Of a stretch of DNA of 64,000 nt, positions 55,355-64,000 are shown piece by piece. A model generated the notes under the pieces. That model was given only the letters and a program-made list of their open reading frames with translations, was not told where the DNA came from and ran no database searches. The stretch comes from an uncultured Spirochaetaceae bacterium (GTDB lineage: Bacteria; Spirochaetota; Spirochaetia; SZUA-6; RPPD01). Within the stretch, counting starts at the first letter, position 1; every line of letters begins with the position of its first letter. The stretch spans positions 950 to 64,949 of the forward strand of contig CAZWYY010000012.1 of NCBI GenBank assembly GCA_964638895.1, in the 5' to 3' direction. The position numbers and the translations under genes are program-made.

Positions 55355-56172
55355 TATTCCTTGTCCTTACTCTCTGTTTCTGGTGCATCTGCGTTCTCCT
55401 CCGCAGCCTCCTCTTGTTTTACGGGCTTTGCGGGTTTTTTGGCGGGTGCCCTCATCACTGTTTTAGGAGTGGCCCCGGCCGATTTTTCTGCCGTCGGCTC
55501 CGTCTTTTCCCTGAACACGGTTTTGACGGGTTCTTCCGCTGCCGGCTCCGTCTTTGTCTTGGGCGCCGCTTTTTTGGGTTTCTCCGCAGCCGCCTCCTTC
55601 TTTACCTTGGGCGCCGTTTTGGCCGGTTTTTCCTCTACCGTTTCAGCTTTTACCTTGGGCGCCGCTTTTTCCTGTACCGGCGCAGCCGACTTCTTTAAGC
55701 CCCTTTTCTGCTCTTTCCGGGAGCGTAGTGCAAGTTCTTTGACCTCTCCTCCCGCTCCGGTAATCTTTTCCCTGGCCTGCTTTGATACCTTATCAACCTC
55801 AACGACCAACTTCTTTTTTATCTCTCCCCTGCCCAGCAATTTAACGGGCTTCGTGCGTTTACTGATAAGCCCCTGTTTCAGCAAGCTCTCGCGCGAAACC
55901 GTTTCCCCCGATTTAAACACATCCAGATCATCAATATTCAGTATAAGATACTCTTTTTTAAAGGGTGCGTTGGAAAAACCTCTTCTGGCGATCCGCCTGT
56001 AAAGCGGCATCTGTCCGCCTTCAAATCCCGGCCGTACGCCTCCACCCGCGCGCGCGTTTTGGCCCTTGGAGCCTTTACCGGCCGTACAACCGGTTCCACT
56101 GGCGCCCCCCCTGCCAAGACGTTTCTTATTTTTTCGGGCTCCCTTGGGCACCGTCAAAACAATATTACTCAT
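55354..56172 (-). CDS. rplO: 50S ribosomal protein L15 with ~125-aa Lys/Ala/Pro/Glu-rich C-terminal extension
   Basis: The N-terminal ~145 aa are canonical L15 ([24 protein letters not shown]...[12 protein letters not shown]). The ORF then continues in frame to 272 aa with APKVK/EKPKK-type repeats. Confidence 0.93.
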   Translation of the reverse strand: MSNIVLTVPKGARKNKKRLGRGGASGTGCTAGKGSKGQNARAGGGVRPGFEGGQMPLYRRIARRGFSNAPFKKEYLILNIDDLDVFKSGETVSRESLLKQGLISKRTKPVKLLGRGEIKKKLVVEVDKVSKQAREKITGAGGEVKELALRSRKEQKRGLKKSAAPVQEKAAPKVKAETVEEKPAKTAPKVKKEAAAEKPKKAAPKTKTEPAAEEPVKTVFREKTEPTAEKSAGATPKTVMRAPAKKPAKPVKQEEAAEENADAPETESKDKE

Positions 56173-56360
56173 GATTTTATCTCCTCCACCTGCACCAGAT
56201 GCGCAACCGTTCGAATCATACCCAGTATTTCAGGCCGAGCTTCCTTTAAAACCGAAGAATTGATTTTTCGCAGGCCCAACGCTTTTACGGTTTTACGCTG
56301 ATTTGGCTTTCTGCTTATCGTGCTCTTTTTCAATGTTATCTTCAACATCGTCTTCGCCAT
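56169..56360 (-). CDS. rpmD: 50S ribosomal protein L30
   Basis: Start is chosen at ATG 56360 ([34 protein letters not shown]...), 2 nt after the rpsE stop. The track ORF starts 12 nt earlier. Confidence 0.93.
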   Translation of the reverse strand: MAKTMLKITLKKSTISRKPNQRKTVKALGLRKINSSVLKEARPEILGMIRTVAHLVQVEEIKS

Positions 56361-56362
56361 AG

Positions 56363-56866
56363 CTAACCCCACAACTCCTTAATGGTCTTGCCCCTGTTCG
56401 CCGCCACCTGTTTGGCGTCAAGCAGTTTGTCAAAACCCGTGAACACGGCCTTTACAATATTGATCGCGTTGGCCGAACCCAATGACTTGCTTAAAATATC
56501 CCGTACACCTACGGCTTCCATGACCGCTCTTACCGGACCGCCGGCGATAATACCGGTTCCGGGCGCAGCCGGTTTCAGCAGCACCGTGGCCCCTTTATAC
56601 TTCCCAACTACGAGATGGGGCAGGGTTGTTCTCTTCAGGGGTACCGTCTGCATGTTCTTCTTTGCCTTTTCAATGCTTTTTCTTATGGCTTCGGAAACAT
56701 CATTCGCTTTCCCAAACCCATACCCTACGGTTCCCTTGCCGTCGCCGACCACGGAAATAGCGGAAAATGAAAAACGCCTTCCGCCTTTCACAACCTTGGC
56801 GACCCTGTTTAATTTAACAAGCTTTTCAACCAGTACTGCCGCCGTACTTCTATCTACATCCATCAC
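56363..56866 (-). CDS. rpsE: 30S ribosomal protein S5
   Basis: The sequence contains [37 protein letters not shown] and GTGIIAGG. Confidence 0.97.
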   Translation of the reverse strand: MMDVDRSTAAVLVEKLVKLNRVAKVVKGGRRFSFSAISVVGDGKGTVGYGFGKANDVSEAIRKSIEKAKKNMQTVPLKRTTLPHLVVGKYKGATVLLKPAAPGTGIIAGGPVRAVMEAVGVRDILSKSLGSANAINIVKAVFTGFDKLLDAKQVAANRGKTIKELWG

Positions 56867-56872
56867 ATCCCC

Positions 56873-57232
56873 CTAAAACTTAATACCGGCTTTTCTTACG
56901 CCGTCAGCCACGGCCTTCACAATTCCGTGATACAAAAATCCATTGCGGTCAAAGGTGACGGTTCCGATATTCTTTTTCTTCAACCTTTCACCCATGGCCT
57001 CACCCAACTTACCGATCTCTTTGGCATTGTTTTTAATGGTTTTTAATTCCTTCTCCAAATTGGATGCCGAAGCAATGGTTGTTCCTTTTGTATCATCGAT
57101 CGCCTGCAGGTACGTATGCCTGTTGCTTTTAAAAACAGTCAAGCGCGGCCTTTCCGCGGAGCATTTGATCCGTTTCCTAATACTTATTTTTCTACGCACC
57201 CGTTTTCTGATTTTTTCGTTCATCTTTTTCAT
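56873..57232 (-). CDS. rplR: 50S ribosomal protein L18
   Basis: The sequence contains RPRLTVF.SN.H.Y.Q.IDD..G.T and FDR.G..YHG.VKA.ADG.R..G..F. Confidence 0.96.
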   Translation of the reverse strand: MKKMNEKIRKRVRRKISIRKRIKCSAERPRLTVFKSNRHTYLQAIDDTKGTTIASASNLEKELKTIKNNAKEIGKLGEAMGERLKKKNIGTVTFDRNGFLYHGIVKAVADGVRKAGIKF

Positions 57233-57241
57233 AGCATTACC

Positions 57242-57781
57242 CTACTTTACTCCGGTTTTGCCGACTTTCTTGCGGATTGTCTCATTCTCATATTTTACAC
57301 CCTTGCCTTTATAGGGCTCGGGCGGCCTGAATCCCCTGATCTCCGCGCAGATCTGTCCGAGTTTCTGCTTATCATTACACATAATGCTTATTTTATTATT
57401 TGTTTCCACCTCAATCATTACGCCTTCGGGGATGGGATATTCGATCGGGTTGGAGTACCCGAGGTTCAATACCAGAATATTTCCTTTTTTCTCAGCCCTA
57501 TAGCCGATACCTGTAATGATAAGCACCCTCTTAAAGCCCTGTGACACACCCTTGATTATATTGTTCACAATGTTTCTATAAAGGCCATGCATGGCCCTTG
57601 ACCGCTTTGAATCATTCTTGCGGCTCACCACAATCTCGGCATCCTTGACCTCTATGGTTACCTCAGGACTGAAATCCATACTGAGTTTGCCCCTCGGGCC
57701 CTCGGCCGTAACAGAGTTGTTGTTTATCTGTACCTTTACTCCGTCCGCTATCTTAACCGGAATCTTGCCTACTCTCGACAT
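57242..57781 (-). CDS. rplF: 50S ribosomal protein L6
   Basis: The sequence contains MSRVGKIPV, GPRGKL, ITGIGYRA and PEPYKGKGV.Y. Confidence 0.97.
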   Translation of the reverse strand: MSRVGKIPVKIADGVKVQINNNSVTAEGPRGKLSMDFSPEVTIEVKDAEIVVSRKNDSKRSRAMHGLYRNIVNNIIKGVSQGFKRVLIITGIGYRAEKKGNILVLNLGYSNPIEYPIPEGVMIEVETNNKISIMCNDKQKLGQICAEIRGFRPPEPYKGKGVKYENETIRKKVGKTGVK

Positions 57782-57799
57782 ACCTTAACCACGCCTTTC

Positions 57800-58198
57800 T
57801 TACCAGATGCTGCAGAGGATTTCCCCGCCCAATTTTTTATCAGCCGCTTTCTTGCCTGTTGTCACGCCCGCAGACGTTGATACAATCAGTACACCGTACC
57901 CATTGAACACCCTGGGCATATCCCTGTACCCGGAATAAAACCTTCTCCCGGGCGTGGATACCCGCTCAAGGCCATGAATTATGGAATTACTTTTGTCATC
58001 GTACTTTAAAAATATCCGGATATAATTCTTGTTACCCTCCGCGTGTTTTTTGAAATTCTTTATAAATCCTTCATTCTTGAGGATTTTAATGATTTCCAAC
58101 TTTAACTTTGATGTCGGAATATCAACCTTTTCGAATTTAGCCATGTTTGCATTTCTAATCTTCGTCAACATATCCGCAATAGGATCTGAAACACTCAT
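57800..58198 (-). CDS. rpsH: 30S ribosomal protein S8
   Basis: The sequence contains [20 protein letters not shown]-like STPGRRFY, and G..I.STS.GV.T...A....GGE. Confidence 0.97.
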   Translation of the reverse strand: MSVSDPIADMLTKIRNANMAKFEKVDIPTSKLKLEIIKILKNEGFIKNFKKHAEGNKNYIRIFLKYDDKSNSIIHGLERVSTPGRRFYSGYRDMPRVFNGYGVLIVSTSAGVTTGKKAADKKLGGEILCSIW

Positions 58199-58216
58199 AA
58201 TCTTGCCACTCCCCTT

Positions 58217-58402
58217 TTACCAGCTTGATTTCGTTACACCAGGGATCTTGCCTTCGCTGGCAAGCTTTCTAAAACAAATCCTGCACATCTGGAATTTTCT
58301 CATATACCCCCTGGATCTTCCGCACAACTTACATCTGTTTACTTTCCGTGTGGAATATTTCGGTGTGCGCTCCGCCTTTTCTATCATTGCTTTTCTTGCC
58401 AT
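58217..58402 (-). CDS. rpsN: 30S ribosomal protein S14, Zn-binding type Z
   Basis: 61 aa. [17 protein letters not shown] is the CxxC...CxxC Zn motif. Confidence 0.96.
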   Translation of the reverse strand: MARKAMIEKAERTPKYSTRKVNRCKLCGRSRGYMRKFQMCRICFRKLASEGKIPGVTKSSW

Positions 58403-58412
58403 ACTTTCCTCT

Positions 58413-58973
58413 CTACTTTCTGAACGGCATTCCCAACCGGGTCAATAGGCTTTTTGCCTCGGCATCGGTGCGCGCCGAAGTCACAATAACAATATTCAAG
58501 CCGCTGATTCTTTCGATCGTATCGTAATCGATTTCAGGAAAAATAATTTGCTCCTTAATGCCAAGTGCGTAATTCCCATGTCCGTCGAACGCGTTCGGAT
58601 TGGTTCCCCTAAAGTCCTTTACGCGGGGCAGCGCCACGTTTACCAGTTTATCAAAAAAATCGTACATATGATCACCCCGCAGGGTCACCATGGCGCCGAT
58701 TTCCATGCCTTCACGCACCTTGAACCCGGCTATGGATTTCTTGGCCTTTGTTTTTACGGCCTTCAACCCGCATATCCTGGAAAGCTCGTCTACAACCGAG
58801 TCAAGGAGTTTTTTATTCTGAATCGCCTCTCCGCAGCCGACACTGAGTACAATCCGTTCCAGTTTCGGAACCTGCATAACGGTTTTAAATCCAAACTCTT
58901 CCATCAGCTCTTTGATGATTTTCTTTTTATACAAACTCTTGATATTGGGAGTGTATGTTTTCGTTGTGGCCAT
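58413..58973 (-). CDS. rplE: 50S ribosomal protein L5
   Basis: Start is chosen at ATG 58973 ([22 protein letters not shown]), forming a TAATG overlap with the rplX stop. The sequence contains FDG.GNY.LG..EQ..FPEI.YD. Confidence 0.96.
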   Translation of the reverse strand: MATTKTYTPNIKSLYKKKIIKELMEEFGFKTVMQVPKLERIVLSVGCGEAIQNKKLLDSVVDELSRICGLKAVKTKAKKSIAGFKVREGMEIGAMVTLRGDHMYDFFDKLVNVALPRVKDFRGTNPNAFDGHGNYALGIKEQIIFPEIDYDTIERISGLNIVIVTSARTDAEAKSLLTRLGMPFRK

Positions 58974-59302
58974 TACAGTTCGTCCCCGCATTTTCTGCAA
59001 ATTCTCGTTTTTTTCTTGTTCTTAAACGTATATCCGATACGCGTAATCCCGCATTTTTTACACATAATCATCACGTTCGATATGCTAATAGGCGCTTCGA
59101 TCTCTTTAATACCACCCTTTTCATTCTGTTTTTTCGGCTTTATGGCTTTTTTTACAAGATTAAGGCCTTCTACCAAAAGCCTGCCTTTTACCCTGTCGAT
59201 CTTCAATATTCTGCCGGTCTTGCCGACTTCCTTCCCCGCAATAACCTTTACCGTGTCTTCTTTTCTTAATTTGCATTTAGTTGCGTTCTGTGTCTGCTTC
59301 AT
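58973..59302 (-). CDS. rplX: 50S ribosomal protein L24 (with C-terminal CxxC...CxxC Zn-ribbon insertion)
   Basis: The KOW motif is [17 protein letters not shown]. The C-terminus has CKKCG...CRKCG, as I recall for the Thermus-type L24. Confidence 0.95.
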   Translation of the reverse strand: MKQTQNATKCKLRKEDTVKVIAGKEVGKTGRILKIDRVKGRLLVEGLNLVKKAIKPKKQNEKGGIKEIEAPISISNVMIMCKKCGITRIGYTFKNKKKTRICRKCGDEL

Positions 59303-59311
59303 TCTTTCCTC

Positions 59312-59680
59312 CTACAGAACCTCGGGTGCCAAAGAAACTATCTTCATATAATTTTTCTCTCGAAGCTCTCTTGCCACCGGACCGAAAATTCTTTTGCCCT
59401 TGGGGTTTTTATTGGTATCAATGATCACACACGCGTTGTCATCAAAACGGATATAGGTTCCGTCTGGTCTTCTGTACTCTTTCTTGGTGCGAACGATCAC
59501 CGCCCGTTCCACGGCCCCCTTTTTTATGGGTGCGTTGGCAAGCGCATCCTTTACCGCGATCACTATAATATCACCTACCGTGGCATATTTTCTTCTTGTG
59601 CCGCCCAGTACTTTTATGCATAAGGCCCGTTTTGCTCCGCTGTTGTCCGCCACGTTTAGAAACGAATTCATCTGAATCAT
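59312..59680 (-). CDS. rplN: 50S ribosomal protein L14
   Basis: [17 protein letters not shown]...C.KVLGG is near-universal L14 sequence. Confidence 0.98.
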   Translation of the reverse strand: MIQMNSFLNVADNSGAKRALCIKVLGGTRRKYATVGDIIVIAVKDALANAPIKKGAVERAVIVRTKKEYRRPDGTYIRFDDNACVIIDTNKNPKGKRIFGPVARELREKNYMKIVSLAPEVL

Positions 59681-59710
59681 AGTTCTCCACCTTTATATCA
59701 ATCTCTAGTG

Positions 59711-59983
59711 CTATTTTGCCTTTTCCACAATTTCGTGCAGAATCCAACATTTTTCCTTACTGATCGGCCTGGATTCGATTACGCGTACCATGTCTCCTAC
59801 ATGACACTCGTTTTTCTCATCGTGCGCTTTAAGTTTCTTTGAAACCACCACATATTTCTTATACAGCGGATGCAGCTTACGTCTGGTTATCCTTACCACG
59901 ATGGTCTTATCCATTTTGGTGCTTACAACCTTACCCGTAAATATTTTTTTCCTTACCTTTGTCTGTACAGATTTCGCTTCCAT
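59711..59983 (-). CDS. rpsQ: 30S ribosomal protein S17
   Basis: The sequence contains [12 protein letters not shown]......HPLY.K.V..SKK..AHDE.N....GD.V.I.E.RP.SK.K.W. Confidence 0.96.
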   Translation of the reverse strand: MEAKSVQTKVRKKIFTGKVVSTKMDKTIVVRITRRKLHPLYKKYVVVSKKLKAHDEKNECHVGDMVRVIESRPISKEKCWILHEIVEKAK

Positions 59984-59995
59984 GGCTTACTCCTC

Positions 59996-60193
59996 TTATT
60001 TCCTGATTCCCAGTTCGAATTCATGAATCATGGTATTCAATGCCGCGATTTTCCTTCTGAGCATTCTTTTTTCCACCGTATTCTCAATGTGTCCGATAAC
60101 CATATTGAAACGAAGATCACGATATTTCTTCTTAAGCTCGTCCCTTTTGGACAAGAGCTCCTCTTGTGAAAGCTCACTGAATGAATCTCTCAT
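59996..60193 (-). CDS. rpmC: 50S ribosomal protein L29
   Basis: 65 aa with L..EL..K..EL.K......F, and it sits between rplP and rpsQ. Confidence 0.93.
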   Translation of the reverse strand: MRDSFSELSQEELLSKRDELKKKYRDLRFNMVIGHIENTVEKRMLRRKIAALNTMIHEFELGIRK

Positions 60194-60198
60194 AACCT

Positions 60199-60615
60199 CT
60201 ACTCCAAATCCCGTCTTTGAATGAATTTTGTTTTTATGGGCAGCTTACTGCCGGCAAGTCTTACCGCGCTTTCGGCCAGCTCCCTGGTTACGCCCGCGAT
60301 CTCAAACAACACCGTACCCCTGTTTACCACAGCCACCCAGTATTCCGGATTGCCCTTTCCCTTGCCCATGCGTGTTTCGGCGGGTTTCTTTGTATAGGGC
60401 TTATCAGGAAAAATACGTATCCACACCTTGCCGCCGCGTTTAATATGCCTGGTCATGGCCACCCTGGCCGCTTCAATCTGACGGTTTGTTATCCACATGG
60501 CTTCCATGGCCAGAAGACCGTACTCTCCGAAAGCGATTTGATTACACCTCGTCGCCTTACGGTCTTTGTACGCCCTCTGTTGTTTCCTGTATTTCGTACG
60601 TTTAGGACTCAGCAT
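60199..60615 (-). CDS. rplP: 50S ribosomal protein L16
   Basis: The sequence contains [18 protein letters not shown]......[38 protein letters not shown]. Confidence 0.98.
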   Translation of the reverse strand: MLSPKRTKYRKQQRAYKDRKATRCNQIAFGEYGLLAMEAMWITNRQIEAARVAMTRHIKRGGKVWIRIFPDKPYTKKPAETRMGKGKGNPEYWVAVVNRGTVLFEIAGVTRELAESAVRLAGSKLPIKTKFIQRRDLE

Positions 60616-61318
60616 CTTCTTCCCTGCTCCTCGTCTTGGACCTTTGTTTTTTAATCAGACTGCCCGCGTCTTCCTTATAATCACGGGTGAATACCTCTCC
60701 ATGGAATACCCATACCTTAACTCCGATCGTACCGAATGTGGTAATGGCCTCGGTAAATCCGTAATCTATATCCGCCCTGAAGGTATGCAGGGGTATTCTT
60801 CCTTCCTTGTATTCCTCTCTACGCGCCATTTCCGAGCCGCCCAGACGTCCGGCCACCTTTACTTTTATTCCCTGGATCCCCGCCTTCATGGCGTTTGAAA
60901 TCGCCATCTTCATCACCCGGCGGTGCGCCGCCCTGGCTTTTAACTGCCTGGCTATGTTCTCGGCTATGAGCATGGCGTTTGTTTCCGGGTTTTTAATCTC
61001 TTTGATCTTTATTTGTACCTTTTTACCCACGACCTTTTGGATCTTTTCACCCAGTTTCTCTATATTCGCTCCCTTGGCGCCGATGATCGCTCCCGGCCTT
61101 CCCGAATGAATGATGATGGTCACACGCTGCGGATGCCTGATGATCTCAATATCCGCCACCTCCGCGCTTTTTGTCTCCGGAAGCGAGCCTATAACCTTGC
61201 GGATCTTCAGGTCTTCATGCAATGTGGCCGCGTATTCCCTGGGGTCTACATACCATTTTGATTTCCAGGTCTTGTTGATTTTTAATCTTAATCCATACGG
61301 ATGCACCTTCTGTCCCAT
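60602..61318 (-). CDS. rpsC: 30S ribosomal protein S3
   Basis: The sequence contains MGQKVHP.G.RL, the KH domain I.I.R......V.I...RPG..IG.KG, and GR.GG.E.AR.E....GR.PLHT.RA.IDYG. Confidence 0.98.
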   Translation of the reverse strand: MGQKVHPYGLRLKINKTWKSKWYVDPREYAATLHEDLKIRKVIGSLPETKSAEVADIEIIRHPQRVTIIIHSGRPGAIIGAKGANIEKLGEKIQKVVGKKVQIKIKEIKNPETNAMLIAENIARQLKARAAHRRVMKMAISNAMKAGIQGIKVKVAGRLGGSEMARREEYKEGRIPLHTFRADIDYGFTEAITTFGTIGVKVWVFHGEVFTRDYKEDAGSLIKKQRSKTRSREEDAES

Positions 61319-61330
61319 AATCGTCCTTTC

Positions 61331-61681
61331 TTACCCTATCTCATCCATTACCACATGAATATGACTGAATCTTTTCAGTAAAATATCCGCCCTCCTCCTG
61401 GCCCTCGGCCAGATACGCTTCATGCGCGGCCCTTCGTTTACCTGGAGCTCCCTCACATACAGCATGTCCTCGTCCAATTTTTTATTCTGATAAATCGCAT
61501 TGGCCGCCGCGGATCTGATCAGTTTCCGCAACAGGCGCGCCCCTTTGTGAGGCATGGATTCCAGTATGGCTATGGCCTCATTATACGGCTTTTTTCTCAC
61601 CTGATCGGCTATGGGCCTGACCTTATGCGGCGAGATCAGCTGAAACCTAAGCTGTGCTTTATAACCCTTCTTTATTTCCAT
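61331..61681 (-). CDS. rplV: 50S ribosomal protein L22
   Basis: 116 aa. The sequence contains ISP.K.R..AD.VR......A...L......K.A....K...SA.ANA, EGP..KR..PRA.GRA......SHI. Confidence 0.96.
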   Translation of the reverse strand: MEIKKGYKAQLRFQLISPHKVRPIADQVRKKPYNEAIAILESMPHKGARLLRKLIRSAAANAIYQNKKLDEDMLYVRELQVNEGPRMKRIWPRARRRADILLKRFSHIHVVMDEIG

Positions 61682-61694
61682 AAAACATCACCAC

Positions 61695-61976
61695 CTATTT
61701 CTTTACTGCCTTTCTATCCGATCCCGCATGGCTTCTGAACAACCTGGTAGGGGCAAACTCACCCAACTTCTGGCCTACTAAATTTTCCGTTATATATACA
61801 GGGATCCATGTTTTCCCGTTATAGACGGAGATGGTAATACCGACCATTTCCGGTATGATGGTGGAACAACGCGAGTAGGTTTTGATCATCTTTTTATCAC
61901 CGGTTTTTTGTTGTTCCAGTACCTTCTTATACAGGCTTTTCTCTATAAACGGTCCTTTTTTAATCGAACGCGACAC
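61695..61976 (-). CDS. rpsS: 30S ribosomal protein S19
   Basis: The sequence contains [28 protein letters not shown]...[19 protein letters not shown]. Confidence 0.98.
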   Translation of the reverse strand: MSRSIKKGPFIEKSLYKKVLEQQKTGDKKMIKTYSRCSTIIPEMVGITISVYNGKTWIPVYITENLVGQKLGEFAPTRLFRSHAGSDRKAVKK

Positions 61977-61985
61977 TGTCTTCTC

Positions 61986-62813
61986 CTATTTTTTTCTTCT
62001 CTTTACGATAAATCTATTGGATACTTTCCTTTTTTTCCTGGTTTTATATCCCTTTGTCGGCACGCCGGTCGGTGACACGGGGTGCCTTCCGCCCGAGGAT
62101 TTTCCCTCACCCCCGCCGTGCGGATGGTCAATAGGGTTCATGGCTACGCCGCGAACTTTGGGGCGCTTGCCCAGCCAACGGGACCTTCCCGCTTTTCCCA
62201 TACTCACATTCATTTTATCTTCGTTACCGATCTCACCAAGGGTGGCATAGCACTTGACGAACACCATCCTCATCTCCCCCGAAGGAAGTTTCAGGGTCGC
62301 GTAATCCCCCTCCTTGGCCACCAGCGAGGCGCCGGTTCCGGCCGCACGCACAAGCTGCCCGCCCCGGCCGCGCTGCAGCTCCAGGTTATGAACGGTCATA
62401 CCCAGGGGTATCTTCTCCAGGGGAAGCGCGTTCCCAATCTCCAACGGCGCGTCCGGACCACTCACTACCTGCCTGCTTACTTCCATGCCCTTGGGCGCTA
62501 AAATATAACGCTTATCCCCATCCGCATACTGGATAAGCGCGATATTGGCGCTTCTGTTGGGATCGTACTCAATACTCATCACCTTTCCCGGAATCCCAAA
62601 CTTATCTCGCTTAAAATCTATAACCCTGTATTTACGCTTATGCCTTCCGCCTTTTCTGCGTACGCTTATTCTGCCCCCGGCACCCCGGCCCGCTTTAAAC
62701 GCAAGGCCGTGTGATAATGATTTTTCCGGTTTATCCCTGGTGATCTCCTCAAAGGTCAGGCCGGTCTTGTATCTCTGGCTGGAGGTTGTCGGTTTATACT
62801 TCTTAATTCCCAC
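61986..62813 (-). CDS. rplB: 50S ribosomal protein L2
   Basis: 275 aa. The sequence contains YKPT....R, GRN..G.IT.R..GGGHKR.YR.IDF-like [21 protein letters not shown], and [16 protein letters not shown]. Confidence 0.98.
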   Translation of the reverse strand: MGIKKYKPTTSSQRYKTGLTFEEITRDKPEKSLSHGLAFKAGRGAGGRISVRRKGGRHKRKYRVIDFKRDKFGIPGKVMSIEYDPNRSANIALIQYADGDKRYILAPKGMEVSRQVVSGPDAPLEIGNALPLEKIPLGMTVHNLELQRGRGGQLVRAAGTGASLVAKEGDYATLKLPSGEMRMVFVKCYATLGEIGNEDKMNVSMGKAGRSRWLGKRPKVRGVAMNPIDHPHGGGEGKSSGGRHPVSPTGVPTKGYKTRKKRKVSNRFIVKRRKK

Positions 62814-62856
62814 TGATAGTTCCTTTTCCCCTAAAGTTTATGAATATGTCTTCAAT

Positions 62857-63144
62857 TTATGCGCCTTCAAAAACCTCAATCGTCTCATTGGGCGACAGTG
62901 TTACAATCGCTTTTTTCCACGAAGCTGTTTTCCCCATCCTGTACGGGGGTCTTCTTTTGGGTTTTGGTTTTACGATTAAAATCCTGCATTTGATGCAATG
63001 TACTCCGAACAGGTCTTTCAGCGCCTTTTTTACCAGGAATTTATTGGCTGCGGGCGTTACCTTAAACACGTATTTCTTTTCTTCTTTAAACTTGTTGGAT
63101 TTCTCCGTTACAATCGGTTCCAGTATTATTTTATCACTCTCCAT
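62857..63144 (-). CDS. rplW: 50S ribosomal protein L23
   Basis: Start is chosen at ATG 63144 ([16 protein letters not shown]...). The track start at 63159 is also possible. The sequence contains F.V...ANK..VK.A......V.V. Confidence 0.93.
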   Translation of the reverse strand: MESDKIILEPIVTEKSNKFKEEKKYVFKVTPAANKFLVKKALKDLFGVHCIKCRILIVKPKPKRRPPYRMGKTASWKKAIVTLSPNETIEVFEGA

Positions 63145-63772
63145 GCTTCTTCTCCCCATAGAAATCGTGCAGACCCGTCACCGCTTTTTCCAAGATTATG
63201 ATGCTTTTGCTGTAAAACAAATCATGCGCCCGCAGACGATTATAGGCCAGAAACCTGAGCCACGGAATATTGGCCCCCGCCCGCTTGATCATTTTATCGT
63301 TATTTCCCAGAATAATAACCGCGCGCTCATCCGGTACAAGGTTCTTCAGAATTTTTACCAGATCCTTGGTCTTTCCCGAATCCACCGAAAAATCCTCAAC
63401 AACCTTTATGCATTCCTCTTTTGTCTTGAGACTCAAAATCGATTTATACGCCGACCGTTTTACTTTTTTTGGCAGCTTATAACTGTAATCCCTCGGCTTG
63501 GGCCCGAATACCACGCCGCCGCCCACCCAGACCGGGCTTTTCCTGTCTCCTGAGCGTGCGCGTCCCGTACCCTTCTGGCGCCAGGGTTTTTGCGTACTGC
63601 CGTTCACCTCACTCCTGTTTTTGGTACAGGCGGTGCCCACCCTGTTGTTGGCCAGCTCGTTCTTTATGGCCTCGTATATAGTACCCCTGCTGACTTTAGC
63701 CCCAAACACGTTATCATTAAGCGTAATTTCTTTTGTGACCTTTCCCTGTTTGTTATAGACCTTTGCAATCAT
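63134..63772 (-). CDS. rplD: 50S ribosomal protein L4
   Basis: 212 aa. The sequence contains [20 protein letters not shown]....P.W.GGG..FGP.PR.Y. Confidence 0.97.
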   Translation of the reverse strand: MIAKVYNKQGKVTKEITLNDNVFGAKVSRGTIYEAIKNELANNRVGTACTKNRSEVNGSTQKPWRQKGTGRARSGDRKSPVWVGGGVVFGPKPRDYSYKLPKKVKRSAYKSILSLKTKEECIKVVEDFSVDSGKTKDLVKILKNLVPDERAVIILGNNDKMIKRAGANIPWLRFLAYNRLRAHDLFYSKSIIILEKAVTGLHDFYGEKKHGE

Positions 63773-63778
63773 CTCACG

Positions 63779-64000
63779 CTACCCCTTTTTAAAAGCGCTG
63801 GTAACAATAACCGTGTTGTTCGGCGCTCCCGGTACCGCCCCGTTCACCAGCAGTACTTCTTTTTCTTTGTCCACTTTCACAACCCTGATATTCTGGGCAG
63901 TGGCCCGAGTGTTTCCCATTCTGCCGGCCATTTTCGTGCCTTTTAACACCCTGGACGGCCATGCGGCCTGGCCGGTTGATCCCCCGGCCCGGTGGAATTT
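63779..64000 (-). CDS. rplC: 50S ribosomal protein L3 (C-terminal 73 codons; gene continues past window end)
   Basis: The reverse complement reads ...KFHRAGGSTGQAAWPSRVLKGTKMAGRMGNTRATAQNIRVVKVDKEKEVLLVNGAVPGAPNNTVIVTSAFKKG*, with TAG at 63779-63781. It is open to the window edge, so it is absent from the ORF track. Confidence 0.93.
   Translation of the reverse strand, partial: KFHRAGGSTGQAAWPSRVLKGTKMAGRMGNTRATAQNIRVVKVDKEKEVLLVNGAVPGAPNNTVIVTSAFKKG

Noticed and set aside
55361-56002. 213-aa + strand ORF (plus 55339-55698 and 55554-55742) opposite rplO
   Set aside because: These are low-complexity Ser/Ala/Phe-rich mirror translations of the Lys/Ala/Pro/Glu tail of L15. They have no RBS, and the minus strand carries a canonical ribosomal gene.
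1-64000. Mobile elements, prophage, integrase/transposase genes, tRNA/rRNA genes, toxin-antitoxin or defence islands
   Set aside because: By eye I found no ORF with recombinase, transposase or phage-structural motifs, no inverted terminal repeats and no cloverleaf-like GC-rich intergenic segment. All intergenic gaps are 220 bp or shorter and AT-rich. The PIN domain present is the housekeeping PIN-PhoH fusion, not a VapC toxin.

Overview
This is a gene-dense 64-kb chromosomal segment with about 75 protein genes, most on the minus strand. I recognised no rRNA, tRNA, CRISPR array, transposase, integrase or prophage gene.

Gene content from left to right:
- 0.5-8.3 kb: two OmpR-type two-component operons, a LacI regulator and an HtrA protease.
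- 8.8-21.2 kb: one long minus-strand array. It holds a Cys-rich mini-protein, VanZ, a KaiC/RecA-like ATPase, an EF-G, a kinase-less REC / HPt / REC-STAS-REC phosphorelay, PIN-PhoH, a HAD hydrolase, a secreted Cys-His hydrolase-like protein, MerR, Der and PtsI.
- 21.4-29.9 kb: MscS, a REC-AraC regulator coupled to a decayed histidine kinase, UPF0182, FtsH, a BON-like protein and an aldo-keto reductase.
- 29.9-35.4 kb: a tight operon of a flavodiiron protein, a trehalose-phosphatase-like HAD enzyme and a beta-phosphoglucomutase::GH65 fusion.
- 35.5-41.9 kb: a redox/oxygen-stress neighbourhood. It holds a phosphoribosyltransferase, a truncated wrbA, an encapsulated-ferritin-like protein with no encapsulin, a lipoprotein hydrolase with TGA at codon 2, a DmpA peptidase, superoxide reductase, class I FbaB, and a DHOD-like protein plus ferredoxin.
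- 41.9-50.9 kb: GerMN, a B12-binding radical SAM enzyme behind a (GTATAC)3 palindrome, TlyA-YmdB-RNase Y, and an 896-aa membrane protein with near-perfect 108-bp tandem repeats.
- 50.9-64.0 kb: the ribosomal-protein supercluster (rplC partial through rplQ, including an unlisted rpmJ).

Gene content and order (secY directly followed by rpmJ, TlyA, anaerobe-type O2 defence) suggest a Spirochaetota-like anaerobe. That is inference only.

I do not see a self-contained, clearly novel system such as a defence island. The best leads are the FDP/HAD/betaPGM-GH65 operon, the kinase-less phosphorelay next to EF-G and the KaiC-like ATPase, the decayed kinase, the TGA-interrupted lipoprotein gene, the repeat-bearing membrane protein, the extended L15 and several cis-element candidates.
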